DNA of 62,801 nucleotides, the filler included, from Rhabdomonas costata (taxonomy: Eukaryota): the NCBI GenBank assembly GCA_019059605.1. It is 31 parts of 31 records of this genome, joined end to end, with 100 filler letters (N's around TTAATTAATTAA, not from the genome) between each part and the next. Parts side by side here need not be neighbours in the genome. Positions count along the whole stretch, not along the records: positions 36,543 to 38,470 come from JAHMHO010007290.1; positions 38,571 to 40,502 come from JAHMHO010007291.1; positions 40,603 to 42,529 come from JAHMHO010007292.1; positions 42,630 to 44,556 come from JAHMHO010007293.1; positions 44,657 to 46,583 come from JAHMHO010007294.1; positions 46,684 to 48,610 come from JAHMHO010007295.1; positions 48,711 to 50,637 come from JAHMHO010007296.1; positions 50,738 to 52,664 come from JAHMHO010007297.1; 23 more parts are not named here. One strand, written 5' to 3'. Shown here in pieces: positions 38,274-50,773 of this stretch. Positions within the stretch are counted from its first letter, which is position 1. Every line of letters starts with the position of its first letter. The position numbers and the translations under genes were made by a program. The notes under the pieces were generated by a model. That model did not search any database and had not been told where the DNA came from. It saw only the letters and a list, made by a program, of their open reading frames with translations.

Positions 38274-38570
38274 GCATATGCTCCCCTCCATTCCATCAGA
38301 TCCCCATCCGATTCAAGTCAAACCACCTCACACATCCAAGGCAATCAAAGGCACGCATTGAGGTGGATTGACAGATTGCACGGTTTGCCTGTGTGGCGGC
38401 ATCAAAACGCGGTTCCTCGGGGGGTCTGTATCCACCAACCAGGAACCGCGTTTTGATGCCCACACCCACANNNNNNNNNNNNNNNNNNNNNNNNNNNNNN
38501 NNNNNNNNNNNNNNTTAATTAATTAANNNNNNNNNNNNNNNNNNNNNNNNNNNNNNNNNNNNNNNNNNNN

Positions 38571-38608
<38 letters not shown>

Positions 38609-41600
38609 CCTGGGACCAACCTCAGCGGCATTGGGGTCTAAGAACCCCGCCTGGGGTAGTCCTACCCGAGGGGGCAGGGCCCCTCCTCCCTGGCCGTTCC
38701 CGCCCCAGCACCGGTGGACGCTCCGTGGAATGCCACCCATACGGGTTCACCCCCGCAGTGGTCCCGGGAAACATTGGCTCATAGGTGACCTGCAAAGGTC
38801 ATCCCCCAAAGCAACGACCTCTCGGACGTGCCCCGACTGTTTCCCGTAGATTTGCCGTACCAAAGCGACGGAATTTTGTCGGTGTTGAGAAAGAGAGTAG
38901 TTTGTTTTCTTTCGGTGTGCTTTGATTCGCAAGTTGCTTTTCTTTTTCAGGAGTGCAGGAATGAACCAGAACGGGAAACGTGCAAAATATGGGGACAGTT
39001 CCCAGTTGGTAAGCATTATTGTCGGTCTTGGCAGGTGGCTGTACTTCGATCTCTCTGTGAAGCGTGTTTCGCCACATTGCCGGCAAGGCTGTGTGGGTCA
39101 ACTATGAGCCGATCTGATTTAAGAACACCTCCCAAACAGCTCGACCCGTGGCATGAGTGCATTTATTCCCCCTCCCCTCGCGATGTGCGTCTCCACCAAA
39201 CCAAAGGACCGATATGATGTTCGGACCCAGGGAACACATCAAGCGCAAACCTAACCCACTCTACAAAATGTAGTGTTGGAATCCAGGGACGTGTGCATCG
39301 CAAAACTAACCTGAGGCAAAATCTTCTATTAGAATCCTGGTGCCCCTCTTAGGACGGCCTTGCTCATCCCTTGAATCCCACCGAAAAGAGAACATCCAAA
39401 GGACCCCTCGTCGTTTTTTTGGGATGCTACCGCCTACAATGCCGCCCCATACAAGCGGCCCCGAAGTATTTGGATAATGGCTTCCACACAATGCTGAAGG
39501 CGCTTACGATGCAGGCATGAGGTTTTTTGAGGATACTGCAGGCTCCTCCAATTCGACGGCTGCGGGACGGGGGTTGGGGGGCGGCCTGCCATGATCACGG
39601 ATCGCAAATGCCCTCTGCTCGGCACACTCGCGATGCGGCACGACGGGCACAAGGAAAACAGCGCGGTCTTCCGCCTGAGTAAGTGGGGCAAAGAAGGGCG
39701 CGGGGGGACGACGGGAGCATACGAATTGCATTGTAATCTGATGTCGGGTGCCGGTTCTTCAAGAACCCTTGGAACAATAAGGGACAGGCTTTGGGCCACC
39801 ACGCAGGGAGGCTGTCTCGCAATGCGAGAAATACAGAGCAACGGGGAAGGAGCGGGGCACTATAAACAAAATAGTTCAAAAGAAAGTAGAGGGAGCTGCG
39901 AGGAGACGGGAGGCGGATGGGGAGGGGTGAGCTGCCGGGAACAGTCAGCAATTTGAACTCTCATGCGGACGACATGGAGACAATTCCCGCGGTAAAATCG
40001 CTGGTAAACCTTTTTCAAGATCCCGCACCCAGTTTCTAGCACTTGTGGAAACGGGTGGTGGTGGATTGAGTTCTGCGCTCCCACGACACCACATTAACAG
40101 TGGCTGTTCTGAGCGACTTTTCCAGCTTTGTGTCAGCGGCTTCGGGAATTGTCAAGCCTCTCTTCTATCTGCTGTATTTCCACAAATCTCACAACACTGA
40201 AGGTACCTGGAATTTGAAATGACGCATAAAAGACAGCGATGACAGTGGTAATGGCTGTCGAAATCTTTGTCATCATTTATTGAAAAAATTTGGGTAAGCA
40301 GCGTCAGTCAGCGCACAAACATATCCAACGCTAACAAACACATACAGCACCCTCGAAATGCCGTGAACCTAAGATTTGTTTTTGGGATTCCAGGAAAGGA
40401 CTGGTGGGTTCCTCTACTTCGACAGATGAGTGGGGGAGGACTAAGAGCAGACACTTCCTCGTTCCGCGGCAAGCACCGAATTCCACGCGTTGTCTTGATC
40501 TCNNNNNNNNNNNNNNNNNNNNNNNNNNNNNNNNNNNNNNNNNNNNTTAATTAATTAANNNNNNNNNNNNNNNNNNNNNNNNNNNNNNNNNNNNNNNNNN
40601 NNGGGTGGTTGTGTCTATGTGTGTGTGCAGGCCTCCATGCCCCTCTCTCGGACTGACTGAGAGAGTGACCAGCGCGGTTTGGTAGTATGGCTGTGAAGGT
40701 TGCAGGTTTGCGGATGGGGGAAGATGTCTGGTTGTGACCATCGGTCTGCAGCGACTTTTCAAGTTCTTTGTGGCCGGCCGTTAGGTGAGAAAATGTCGTT
40801 TCGTTTCGTATTGATTTTTGTGTTTGGAACTTTTGGAAAACAGGTGTAGCTCGGTCTTGATACTTCAGGTGTCATGCAGTTGTCCATTGTCCCCCCGATA
40901 CCGCAAGCATGGCGTAGCGGCCTGCAATTCTTCCTTATCTGCTGGTGTGCTAACTGGCGTGATGTGCAAAAATGGGTCCTTGCCCCCATCACAGACTCAA
41001 AAAAGTTAGTGTTGGGGTTAGATTAGAAACGAGCGCAATCAAGGACAGCCGAGTGAGCTGATAGGGACATCCGAAGCCAAAATGAAGGTGAAGGGCACGG
41101 ACAATTGACGAATCCATGGAAGCGGGGGCAGGAGCGGTAGCCGTGTTGTTTTATCCCAGTGGAGACATTGACAGCGGAAGGAACTCGAGCCCCAAGGGCA
41201 TCTTCCAGAGTGTTTTCTTTCCCCACCTCATTCAAGAATGAACACGAGAGAACTTCCGCAGCCTGAAGAATCATACAATGGTTCGGTTTCAGTTCTTACC
41301 TCTACACCGAGGGCAGACAAACAAAGCGACATCAGCGGATGGGGACAGGTGCAGAGGCAAAGTTGCTTCTGACAATGGAGAGTGTTATAACCACACACAA
41401 TCCCGGACTATTCCGCATAGCCCTCGGCAGGCAGCCCACCGGAACACCGTTCCGCAGCAGTGCCAGTGCGAACTACAAACCCTTACTGTAGCCCCATACG
41501 GAAACAAGCTGATATACCTGTATCGCCGCTGTGTAGCCCTCCACGCCATCAACTCGGTATTATCTCAGTTTCTCTGCCTAGCAAAAGCGTCAGGAGAAAC

Positions 41601-43548
41601 AACTTTACGCGAGGATCGCGTCGTGGAGGCCATGAGGTCCCGTCTCCTGATGTCACCCTGATGGTGTGTGTCAGTGCGAAAAGCCAGCAGTACCCTCGAT
41701 GGGCCATTTCCCACGGTCAGCTTCCCCACCTTCGTCACCCATTGCTTCGAAGCAAGCGTTGTATTACAGTTCCCATTTCACCGCAGCAAGCGCCGATGCT
41801 GCGGGAAGTTTCCAGAAGTGCAGCGAATCACCATGCAGAGATGATGACGAAGGCGCCGAAACAGCAGTGGCAACAGCAGTGGCAGCAGTGGCAGCAAAAC
41901 CAACCATGAGCCAAAGCAAGCCTAGCACACCAGGGTGACTGGCCACCCACGAGCCGGGGATCAGCGGGGAAGACGAAGTTTCTCTGGCGATCATCTAGGT
42001 TTGTGCAACACCGCCAGCCGCTCCAGCCGACTCCAGTCACTTACGGAACACACCGGTACAGAAAACAGGGAATTGCCAGAATACCGCGGCATCAGCTCCA
42101 CTTTAACCAGTGCGGTGTGTGTGTGCGCGCACACACACACACACACGCACATATACTCTCTCACACTATTTTTTGCAGACTACATCCCTGGCATTGCCTT
42201 GGATCGATTTCTCCTGTTGTGCAAATGGCAGTGGCAGCAGGTCTTGCATAAAACACCGGTGTCATCCCAACCCTTCCCACTGCCGTGTTCCTCTGTGCAC
42301 GTGAAAAATGGCGATTTCGTTGGTGAAGTGGATCCAGACCCATGCGGGGCTGGATATCACGGGCGAGAATCAGGCCAACACCGGATGCTGCGGTATGTTT
42401 CACCGCGCATCCCTTTTTGTGCTATTTAAACGTTCGAAGGCAGCGCCTCCCAACGCGAGGGGTTCAGTTGGAAGTTCACAGCAAGCTAGAGAGTGTACTA
42501 CTTTTTGCTGCGTATCTCTACCCAACCACNNNNNNNNNNNNNNNNNNNNNNNNNNNNNNNNNNNNNNNNNNNNTTAATTAATTAANNNNNNNNNNNNNNN
42601 NNNNNNNNNNNNNNNNNNNNNNNNNNNNNTGTTGTGTGGCCTAATAACTGCTAGAAGTATGCCAGGAGGCCTGAAGCAACACCAATCATGCGACGCTGTT
42701 TCTGCTGGCGTTTTTCTTCTCGCGTTTTGAAAAAAATGAGAAACGATCCCCCAAAAGCCTCTGAAGTGTCTTGATTCCACAGTTGCCGAAGCAGGATAAG
42801 CCCAAGCCTTTTGCGGGAGCGTTTGAGGGGGAACCAATTCTTGCTGATGCCAGGGACATGACGACAGCCGGGGAAGCGGAGCTGACAGCCAAATGCTGAC
42901 TCTAACTCCTCACGAACGCCGATTCCTATCACACGTTCATGGTATCCCCACCATCTAGAGTTTATTTTTTCATACCGAAGACGATGGTGTGGTCACGACT
43001 TCAGCATTGGTGACAAAAACAACGACCTGGCACCAAAAAGTTCACTTCTCTCTAGACAGTGGTTGTGCTTCGTCATATCTCTTGAAGACAAGAATTGGAA
43101 TCAAGGTAGAAGGCAACCTCGCCCGGACCCACATTGGTACGGAGAAGACGGAAAAACTCCTTCTTCCACTGCAACTAGAGACAAACAACAACACCAAGGC
43201 CGAGACCAACAAGCTTCCCATTTTCGCAACCATTGCCCACCCATAGCCTCCGCTCTGTGTTCCAGCCAGGAAAAAAGTGTGCAATGGGAAAGGCTCCTTT
43301 CTCCAACATCATATCTCTTTTCCTACCGAAGGGCTTGCTAAAACGGCATAAGGTGCGGAAGAAAAGGGGGAAAAGAAGCTCTAAACTACCCCGCAGGAAA
43401 ACATCCCGACTTCGCGATTCTCGAAACGCAATGCTGAATTTTGATGACTGCGTTCAGGAACAACGCTGCCTTCCCAGGAAAAGCGGTGCACACCACCTCT
43501 GTAACCCCCAAAAACTCGCTCCCTCCTTTCCTCCCTCTCTCTACATAC

Positions 43549-43770
43549 CCAGTGAGAGGCCTGCCCCCAGTGGTGGTGGGGCGGACCCCCTGGTTGCCCT
43601 TGTTCTGCTGCGAGACGGTCAGGGGGCGGTTCATGGAGGTCCCTGGCCGCGGCATGTCCGCGAGCTGGTTCTGGTCCAGCAGCACCTCCGCCACACCCTC
43701 GTCCTCCAGCTCGGTGTCGTCGATCCAGTTCTTTCCCGTCAGCGCGCGGGCCTTCAGATACCACACGCAC
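43549..43770 (-). CDS. TTC8: BBSome subunit BBS8/TTC8, one internal exon
   Basis: CVWYLKARALTGKNWIDDTELEDEGVAEVLLDQNQLADMPRPGTSMNRP...GVRPTTTGGRPLTG is the distinctive BBS8 N-terminal region; bounded by CGCAG and GTATGT. Confidence 0.93.
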
Positions 43771-45263
43771 CTGCGTCCCACAGGAAAGAGAACCTCTTTC
43801 AGCAAAACAACCACCCCAGGACACAAGGCAAGCCCGACCATCCAGCTAGGTCATCACATTTTTCAACTAATCCCAAACTATCGAAACCAAACCCCTTGCA
43901 GAGTAGAACATTCACCGCACAATCGATTTAATAACCTCTCAAAAAAACGAACTACTAATCTGCGGGATTCACTGAAAAGAAGCCCCATCATCACCCGTTG
44001 CTCGTAAACTGAACGCCGAAACGAAAGGGCCAACATTCCCCACGGCCCCGAAAACAAAGCATTCGTCACGCCATGCTGTCATGTGCCAAAGAGAGAGTCC
44101 CAGCGGCACGGCACAAAGCGGTTCGCTGCCCAAGGTGGTGTTGAGGGAAGGAAGGCTGAAGACGACACCAGCGCTGGAAGATGTTTTTTCTGAACGATGA
44201 ACCTCCTAAATGATCCTTCGCAATTCATAATGATACTTCACAAGCATACACGAACAGAGTGTTGCTTTGACCTCCTTCGCCCGCTCCCTCTCCGGCTCTT
44301 TGCCCAGGGTTGCCAAAAAAAGAACCGCGGCAGGCATGGACGGAAAACAGGGTTTACAAAATATGGCCCGCGTCACCTCATAAGTAAGAGTGACCGTAGA
44401 AAGGTAAAATCAGCTTGAAAGAATAAGAACAACCGATATGCACTGGATCCCACTTTTTTCACCACCCGTTTTAGCTTCTAAGTCCGAAAAAGCCTGATTT
44501 AGTGCACACTTTGGTAAGCTGTGACTTTTGAGGTGACGCGGACAATACCAACAACANNNNNNNNNNNNNNNNNNNNNNNNNNNNNNNNNNNNNNNNNNNN
44601 TTAATTAATTAANNNNNNNNNNNNNNNNNNNNNNNNNNNNNNNNNNNNNNNNNNNNTGTTGTGGGGTCGTACGACAGACCCCCTGAGCAGAGCTCACAGG
44701 TCGCCTTTGAACGTTTTTAATGAGGAAAGAGCGGCAGAATGGTCGCTGACTTCCGATTACTTTACAAGAGACTGGTTCTCTTAGGAAATGTTTCACTTGT
44801 CCTTAGGTGATGTGTGTATCCGGTGTGCAGCACCAGACCAAAATCCGTATTGTTTCCTCAAGCTGCAGAACCTGCAGAGGCTCCCTGTCATCCCCTTTCC
44901 CCACGCTGAAATCGATATATGCGGAGAAGATAAATTTCTCACTGCCCCCTATCAAAAATTCATAAGGCGTTGGCTCTGCACAGCATTGAGAACTGGCTCT
45001 TATCAGCTGACGTGGCATTGCTAGCTAACACTGTTCGGACGACTGTTACAATAGTCGTCAGGTATTTCACAGTCCAGACAACAGCGATCTTCGGTTTTGG
45101 TTGGATTGGGTTGTCAAATGGAATTTACGGCACACGTGCGGCAAAAGTGATGATCAAACGCCATAAAAAACGCGATGCGCAATAAATAAGAAAGCAAGCA
45201 GAAACACAAGAGCAGATAAAAAGAAGCAGAAAAAATGACAAAAAATGGCAAATCCGAACTCAC

Positions 45264-46583
45264 CTCGGTACTCAGCACATAGGGCGCCGGACAGGTATCA
45301 CAAGTGAGTCCGACCACGTTCACCGTCCGGACGGAATCGTACAGCTCCCCATCGTACAGCTGCACCGTGAAGTTGTCCCGGAAGGCCGAGCCGCACGGAG
45401 GAAGGCTGCCCGACGGCACCGAGGCCTGGTAACGAAGCTCTGAAAAGAAGGGCACTGTGCTGTTCAACCCCAACGCAGCCCCACCGCTGCCGACCTGCAG
45501 CATCCCATGCCAGGGCAGCCCCCGCACAACCCACCACAGCTCCGTCAAGGGGTGGTCCAGAGAGCTCCCGTTCAGAACCACTACTACTGGCGAGCTCTGT
45601 TGGGCAGTCACAGGGGCTATCGGGAGGGCAACCGGGGGATGCCCCACAGAGGTGATCGTGATGTCAAAGGTGTACGGGCTGGAGATCTCCAGGAACTGGT
45701 TGGGGCAGTCCGACAGCGAGAAGCTGAAGCTGTCCTGCCCATCGTGCAGGGCGAAGGGTTGGTAGAACAGCTCAAGAGGTGGCCCTACTTGGGCTTTGGG
45801 GGCATCATATGTCCCCACGAGCTGCACCGCGTTGACTTCGATGTAGGTCTGGGATGACATGCAGTCGAATTCCAGTCGGAGGGTGTCCACGGGGAAGGGA
45901 GTGGCACAGATGGGGATCGAGCGCACCACAGGAGCGTTGGGATCCACAGGGAGGGCGGTGCCCATCCACAGCGTCAGCCACTGCCCCGGTTTATCGGGGT
46001 GGGGTGTGCGTACCCGCGCTAGCGAGCGGGGACCATCGGTCTGGGTGGGAAAACGGAGAACCCAATTTCAGGTCCCGCGAAGAGCAGTATTACACAGTTT
46101 GCTGTGTTGAGTGATAGGGATGGGTGGTATTGTGGCCCTCTTCATAGCGTACACCGGTACCAACTCGGTCGGTCCAAAGTGCTTGGACCACCCGGCAGCC
46201 AAAATGGGGATGGTGGTCGCTCTTCACTTTCAGACTGAGGTAGGAGGAGGTGGCGGTGGGAGGAGGTCCGAGCTCCGGGGTTGAAGCCCAATTACGAAGC
46301 AGGCCCGTTTCAGATACGCTCCGCAAGCGCGTTCTTTTGCCCCAAGGGGCACCACCCAGACACACACACACATACAAGGGGCGTACCTCCACAATAATCA
46401 TCTCGGTCGGGAAAAGCTTCGCTGCGAACCGCACAGTGATGAAGTTAGTGTAGCAGAACTGGGTCTCGTAGCAGAACAGGTTGTTCCCGTATGTGTCCCA
46501 AGAAGCGTGATTGCTGCCATAGGTGAAGATATCTTGAGGGCCAATAACGTTGGAGGCAGGCATGAGGGGGTACTCATCACTGA
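45264..46583 (-). CDS. Paralog of the 26596-27985 extracellular protein; exons 46583(truncated)-46387 and 46040-45264
   Basis: ASNVIGPQDIFTYGSNHASW...FITVRF...EMIIVE|TDGPRSLARVRTP...WLTLWMG...ICATPFPVDTLRLEFD...EVNAVQLVGTYDAP...DGQDSFSFSLSDCP...DNFTVQLYDG; 777-nt open exon. Confidence 0.8.
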
Positions 46584-47166
46584 NNNNNNNNNNNNNNNNN
46601 NNNNNNNNNNNNNNNNNNNNNNNNNNNTTAATTAATTAANNNNNNNNNNNNNNNNNNNNNNNNNNNNNNNNNNNNNNNNNNNNGTGAGTTGGTTTCCTTA
46701 CCTCCAAAAAAAAAAAAAAAAAAAAGGAAACGGAACCTCGCGAGTAATTTTCTGTGTGCCTTTTCATCAATTCATTCCTTGCCCCCTTTTTTTGGGGGGG
46801 GATGCAGCGCTTTTTTGGTGAGCACTGTACCGCAGAAGATGTGCATTTTGCAGGTATCCGAGCCAGATTAAACGGCACATTTTTTTACCGGACCTGTCAT
46901 AGTGAAGCGGGGGAATCTTTTTGACGATAATCCTTGCTTTTCACCAAAACAAAACTCAGTGAAAGACAAAGACAAAACACCAACCTGGACAAAGCTGATG
47001 AAGACACTTCAAGGCTTGGAAGTTTCCACACTGCTCAATCCCAAAGTTGGGAGAAATCAACGCGAAGCGGTCGATGCGGTCGTAACAATGAAGAACACCA
47101 ATCAACATAGCATGCTCTGCCCCTTGCATATGCCCCCAACTGCCTCTCACGCAGGCACAGGCGCAC

Positions 47167-47639
47167 CGCGAGTGTGGTGAACATATCTCAGCTTGCTGAG
47201 GACATCAATGCTGTCGAAGCCGCCGTTGTCTGCGAGCTGCCGGGGGATCACCTCCAGGGCCTTGGCGTAGCCATTGATGATCACTTGGGCCTTGCCTCGC
47301 ACCAGCCGTGCGTGCTCCCGCAGGTGCTTGCTCAGCTCCATCTGCAACAGACACCCCCTCCCAGAGTCGAATTCAATCTTTGCTTGCCACGTCACTCGCA
47401 CGCAATGAAGACTTATCATAGAATAAGGGAAGGTGCGCCACGCTGCTGCACTGCGCTAAGACTGAGTGGAGTGACATCACAGATCAGACATCCCTGATCG
47501 GGAAAGGACCCCGTGGACCCAATAAAAAACGAGAGATGAGGAAGCGTCACAAGAGAACAAGTGAAAGGCGACAAAGGTCGCAACCTCGATCGCACCCCCA
47601 CCGGCGACCACAGCGCCCACGGCAACCCCTCCCACAACC
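47167..47639 (-). CDS. CCT7: Chaperonin CCT/TRiC subunit eta, partial; exons 47639-47585 and 47341-47167
   Basis: VVAGGGAIE|MELSKHLREHARLVRGKAQVIINGYAKALEVIPRQLADNGGFDSIDVLSKLR is characteristic of the CCT eta subunit. Confidence 0.92.
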
Positions 47640-50444
47640 CTGCAGAAAAAGGAGCACCGGGATGCGTCCAAAGACAACCAACAAAGTTCTAAAATCTGTG
47701 AAATGTGAGTCGTTTCACTTTGGGTGAGCGTCCTGGAGGAGAAGAGAAGAGCTGAATGCGTTGTTGGTGGTTCATTTCCTTTTCCTTCGCGCGAACAGAG
47801 GGAGAGAAACGCGGAGAATGAGAAAGTCATGAAGCAGGATGGTGAAGAAATTCCACAAAAAAATTCGTGCGTTTCTTTAGTGCGTTTCTTTTTTTTTTTG
47901 CGGAAAGGAACGCTGTCTTCTTAAAAAGAACGGAATTACCAAAAAAAACAGCCTTGCAATAAAGTCTCACCCATAACAATCGTTTGAAGAAAGCGGCTGT
48001 CAGACTGTGAGGATCGTCATCTCTGTGCTGCGCAGAGCGAGAAAAATCAGAAAATGAAGGACGGGAGTGGCAACGTGCAGGCCAATCACACAGTTAGGGT
48101 GGTTTCATCCCAACTGTTCACCTCTGGCACGTTTCTAGACACACATTATCCGGAACTCTTGACAAAAATAAACGACTCGATTGAAGCACAAAGTGAGGGA
48201 GAGAATGTTTGCTGCACTTCGAGCACACCGCTTCAGAGCCTTAAGAACCTTGGCCATGGGAAGGGCAAAGAAAAACCCGCCGCGGCTCTGAAGCCCGCGA
48301 AAGGGTAGTGAGCCAACAAGCCTCACCCACGATCGATTGAGAGGAAGAGGAAGAGATGAATCAACTACAAGCAGAACAAAAGGTATACACACCCACACCC
48401 GTACCGCTGAGAAAGAAAGAATTTGCAGAATGCCAAGAATCTGCGGAGGTTGTCTGATATCCCGATAGCTGAAAAATGCCTCCCAGTTTCCACCAGTATC
48501 ACGCAAAAACACTTTCAAGTGGGATAGGGGGGCACCTCCCGAAAATAGTCAAGCAAAAGACTACTGCCTCCTACAGGAACAGCAAAAGGGACAATCCCAT
48601 TCTTGACTGGNNNNNNNNNNNNNNNNNNNNNNNNNNNNNNNNNNNNNNNNNNNNTTAATTAATTAANNNNNNNNNNNNNNNNNNNNNNNNNNNNNNNNNN
48701 NNNNNNNNNNTACATCATCACAATCTTGATCATGGTTGCCATCGGCGGGCTCCACTTTGCATAATTGGTAACTTTTTGGCCTCATGTCAGCACTAATTCA
48801 GATTAACAAGAAGTACCAAGGCTGGAACAGATATTTCCGTGTTGGTATCAGACGCAATTACGTAGCAGGAAGTCACGACGGAGGAGTGGCCATGCGGAGT
48901 ATTTAACCACTCGTCTTACACAGGGGTGGATTTCGGCCTCAGATGGAGGGGTAAGATGTCATGATAACCTGGGGTAAATTGGGAGGGAATGTGAGGGTGG
49001 AGTAGATACAAACGTCCTGGGAATGTATCTGGATTCCTACGAAGCGAATGTCACCAGATCATCCCATTCTATCTGGGGGTATTTTTCTGATCCAACCTTT
49101 GGGTGTCTGTGTGAATTTTCGCGTAGGTGGTTGTGTTTTTGGGTTTATGTCATTTAGTCATTTCGGATTCATGTTGTTGGATGTAGGGTTTGGTATTTGT
49201 GGTTACGGTGTCTGTGTTCCGGGATATACGTCGATGTGGTGGTTGCAGTGTGGCTACGGTTCAATGCGGGAATGCTGCCATGAGTGGTGCATTGTGTTCC
49301 GGTTTTACGATGTTAGGATGGGTGTCAAGATGTAGTGGGTTCCTCAGTAGCCTTTTGTAGTTTTGGGAGTGTGTTCTACGCTAACGTTGCTCTGTTTGCG
49401 TTATATGGCCTTCATGATTCCACTTGCGTCTGGTGAGCTCTTGGCATTTGGGGTCTTGGTTTGTGTTCCGGCTTCGCGTTCCTGGTTCTGGGTTGCTGAC
49501 TTCAGGTAGCTGTGCCTGTTGTCGTGGAGTTATGGCTAGGTTTTGGCATTAGGTGGGTGGTCTTCGGGGTCAGCCCTCGCGTTTCGTGGTTGGGATTGCG
49601 GTTTGAGTTTCGTACCATTTTGATTCTTTGATAATTATTTCTGGACATGATGTTGGTTAGGGTAATGGAGAATGTGTGGAGTTGCGTGGCTGGGTTTGGT
49701 GGACGGTGTTGGGTTTGGGTCAGTAGTGTGTGTGAGGTAGTGCGTGAGTGTGGGTGTGGGTTCTGCAGTGGGGTTGGAGTCGGTGTCCATGTTGGTGCTG
49801 TTGGTGTTGTGGGTGACTGTTGGCTGTGTTGTTGTGGCCATGTAGTGGATGTGGTCTTGGCGTAATTGATGATATGTGGGTGTGGTTGGTGTGGAGTTGT
49901 ATGGTTGGTGTGGAGTGGGATGATCTGCGCTGCCCTGATGGTGGTGATGGTAATTGTGTGATTTCTGGCGTGGTTTTGTGTGTGATGGTGTGTGGATTTC
50001 TGGCCTCTGTTTTTGAATTTGTTTCTGTTTATTTAGAGGTCACTCGTTATGTCAGGTGATGAGACCATGTAAAAATTACTGAGAGTGCCATATCAAGCTG
50101 AGATTCTGTAGTTAAACCACCTCTCTTTGGACACGTGAACCAATCATGTGAGAGCAACATGTGTGAGCCGTGATTACTACTGTGTTGAAACAGGATCTAC
50201 CACACGAATAGTACGGCAGGCTAGGCATATCATTTGCTCCCACGTGATGGCGTTGGCAACGATGGAGAATGCAAGTAGAAGGCCACTAAAAAACAGTTGA
50301 TGAATTGCTGTTCACTTGACATGTTGGTCAAGTGTACGTGTGGCAATGATGCTGAGTGTCATATGGTGAGCAGTTGAAGTAAACACGTTGACACACGTCA
50401 CATGGCCATATGCAACCAGAGACACTAAACCACAGTGTACGTGC

Positions 50445-50631
50445 GTGTGGATTACCTTATTTTTTGTTGATGGTAGTGGTGAATGCAGTGCAATGCTGCT
50501 ACTCTACTCCTACTCTGCAGTGGTCGTGGAAGTGCTGGTGCGAGTATTAGTGCCAATGCAGAGTAGGAGTAGAGTAGCAGCATTGCACTGCATTCACCAC
50601 TACCATCAACAAAAAATAAGGTAATCCACAC
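50445..50631. repeat. Contig-terminal perfect inverted repeat (75-bp arms, 37-nt loop)
   Basis: 50445-50519 is the exact reverse complement of 50557-50631. Confidence 0.95.
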
Positions 50632-50773
50632 ACCCCCNNNNNNNNNNNNNNNNNNNNNNNNNNNNNNNNNNNNNNNNNNNNTTAATTAATTAANNNNNNN
50701 NNNNNNNNNNNNNNNNNNNNNNNNNNNNNNNNNNNNNCTCTCCTCTGCCCCCGTAACCGCCACCCCGCTGCAG

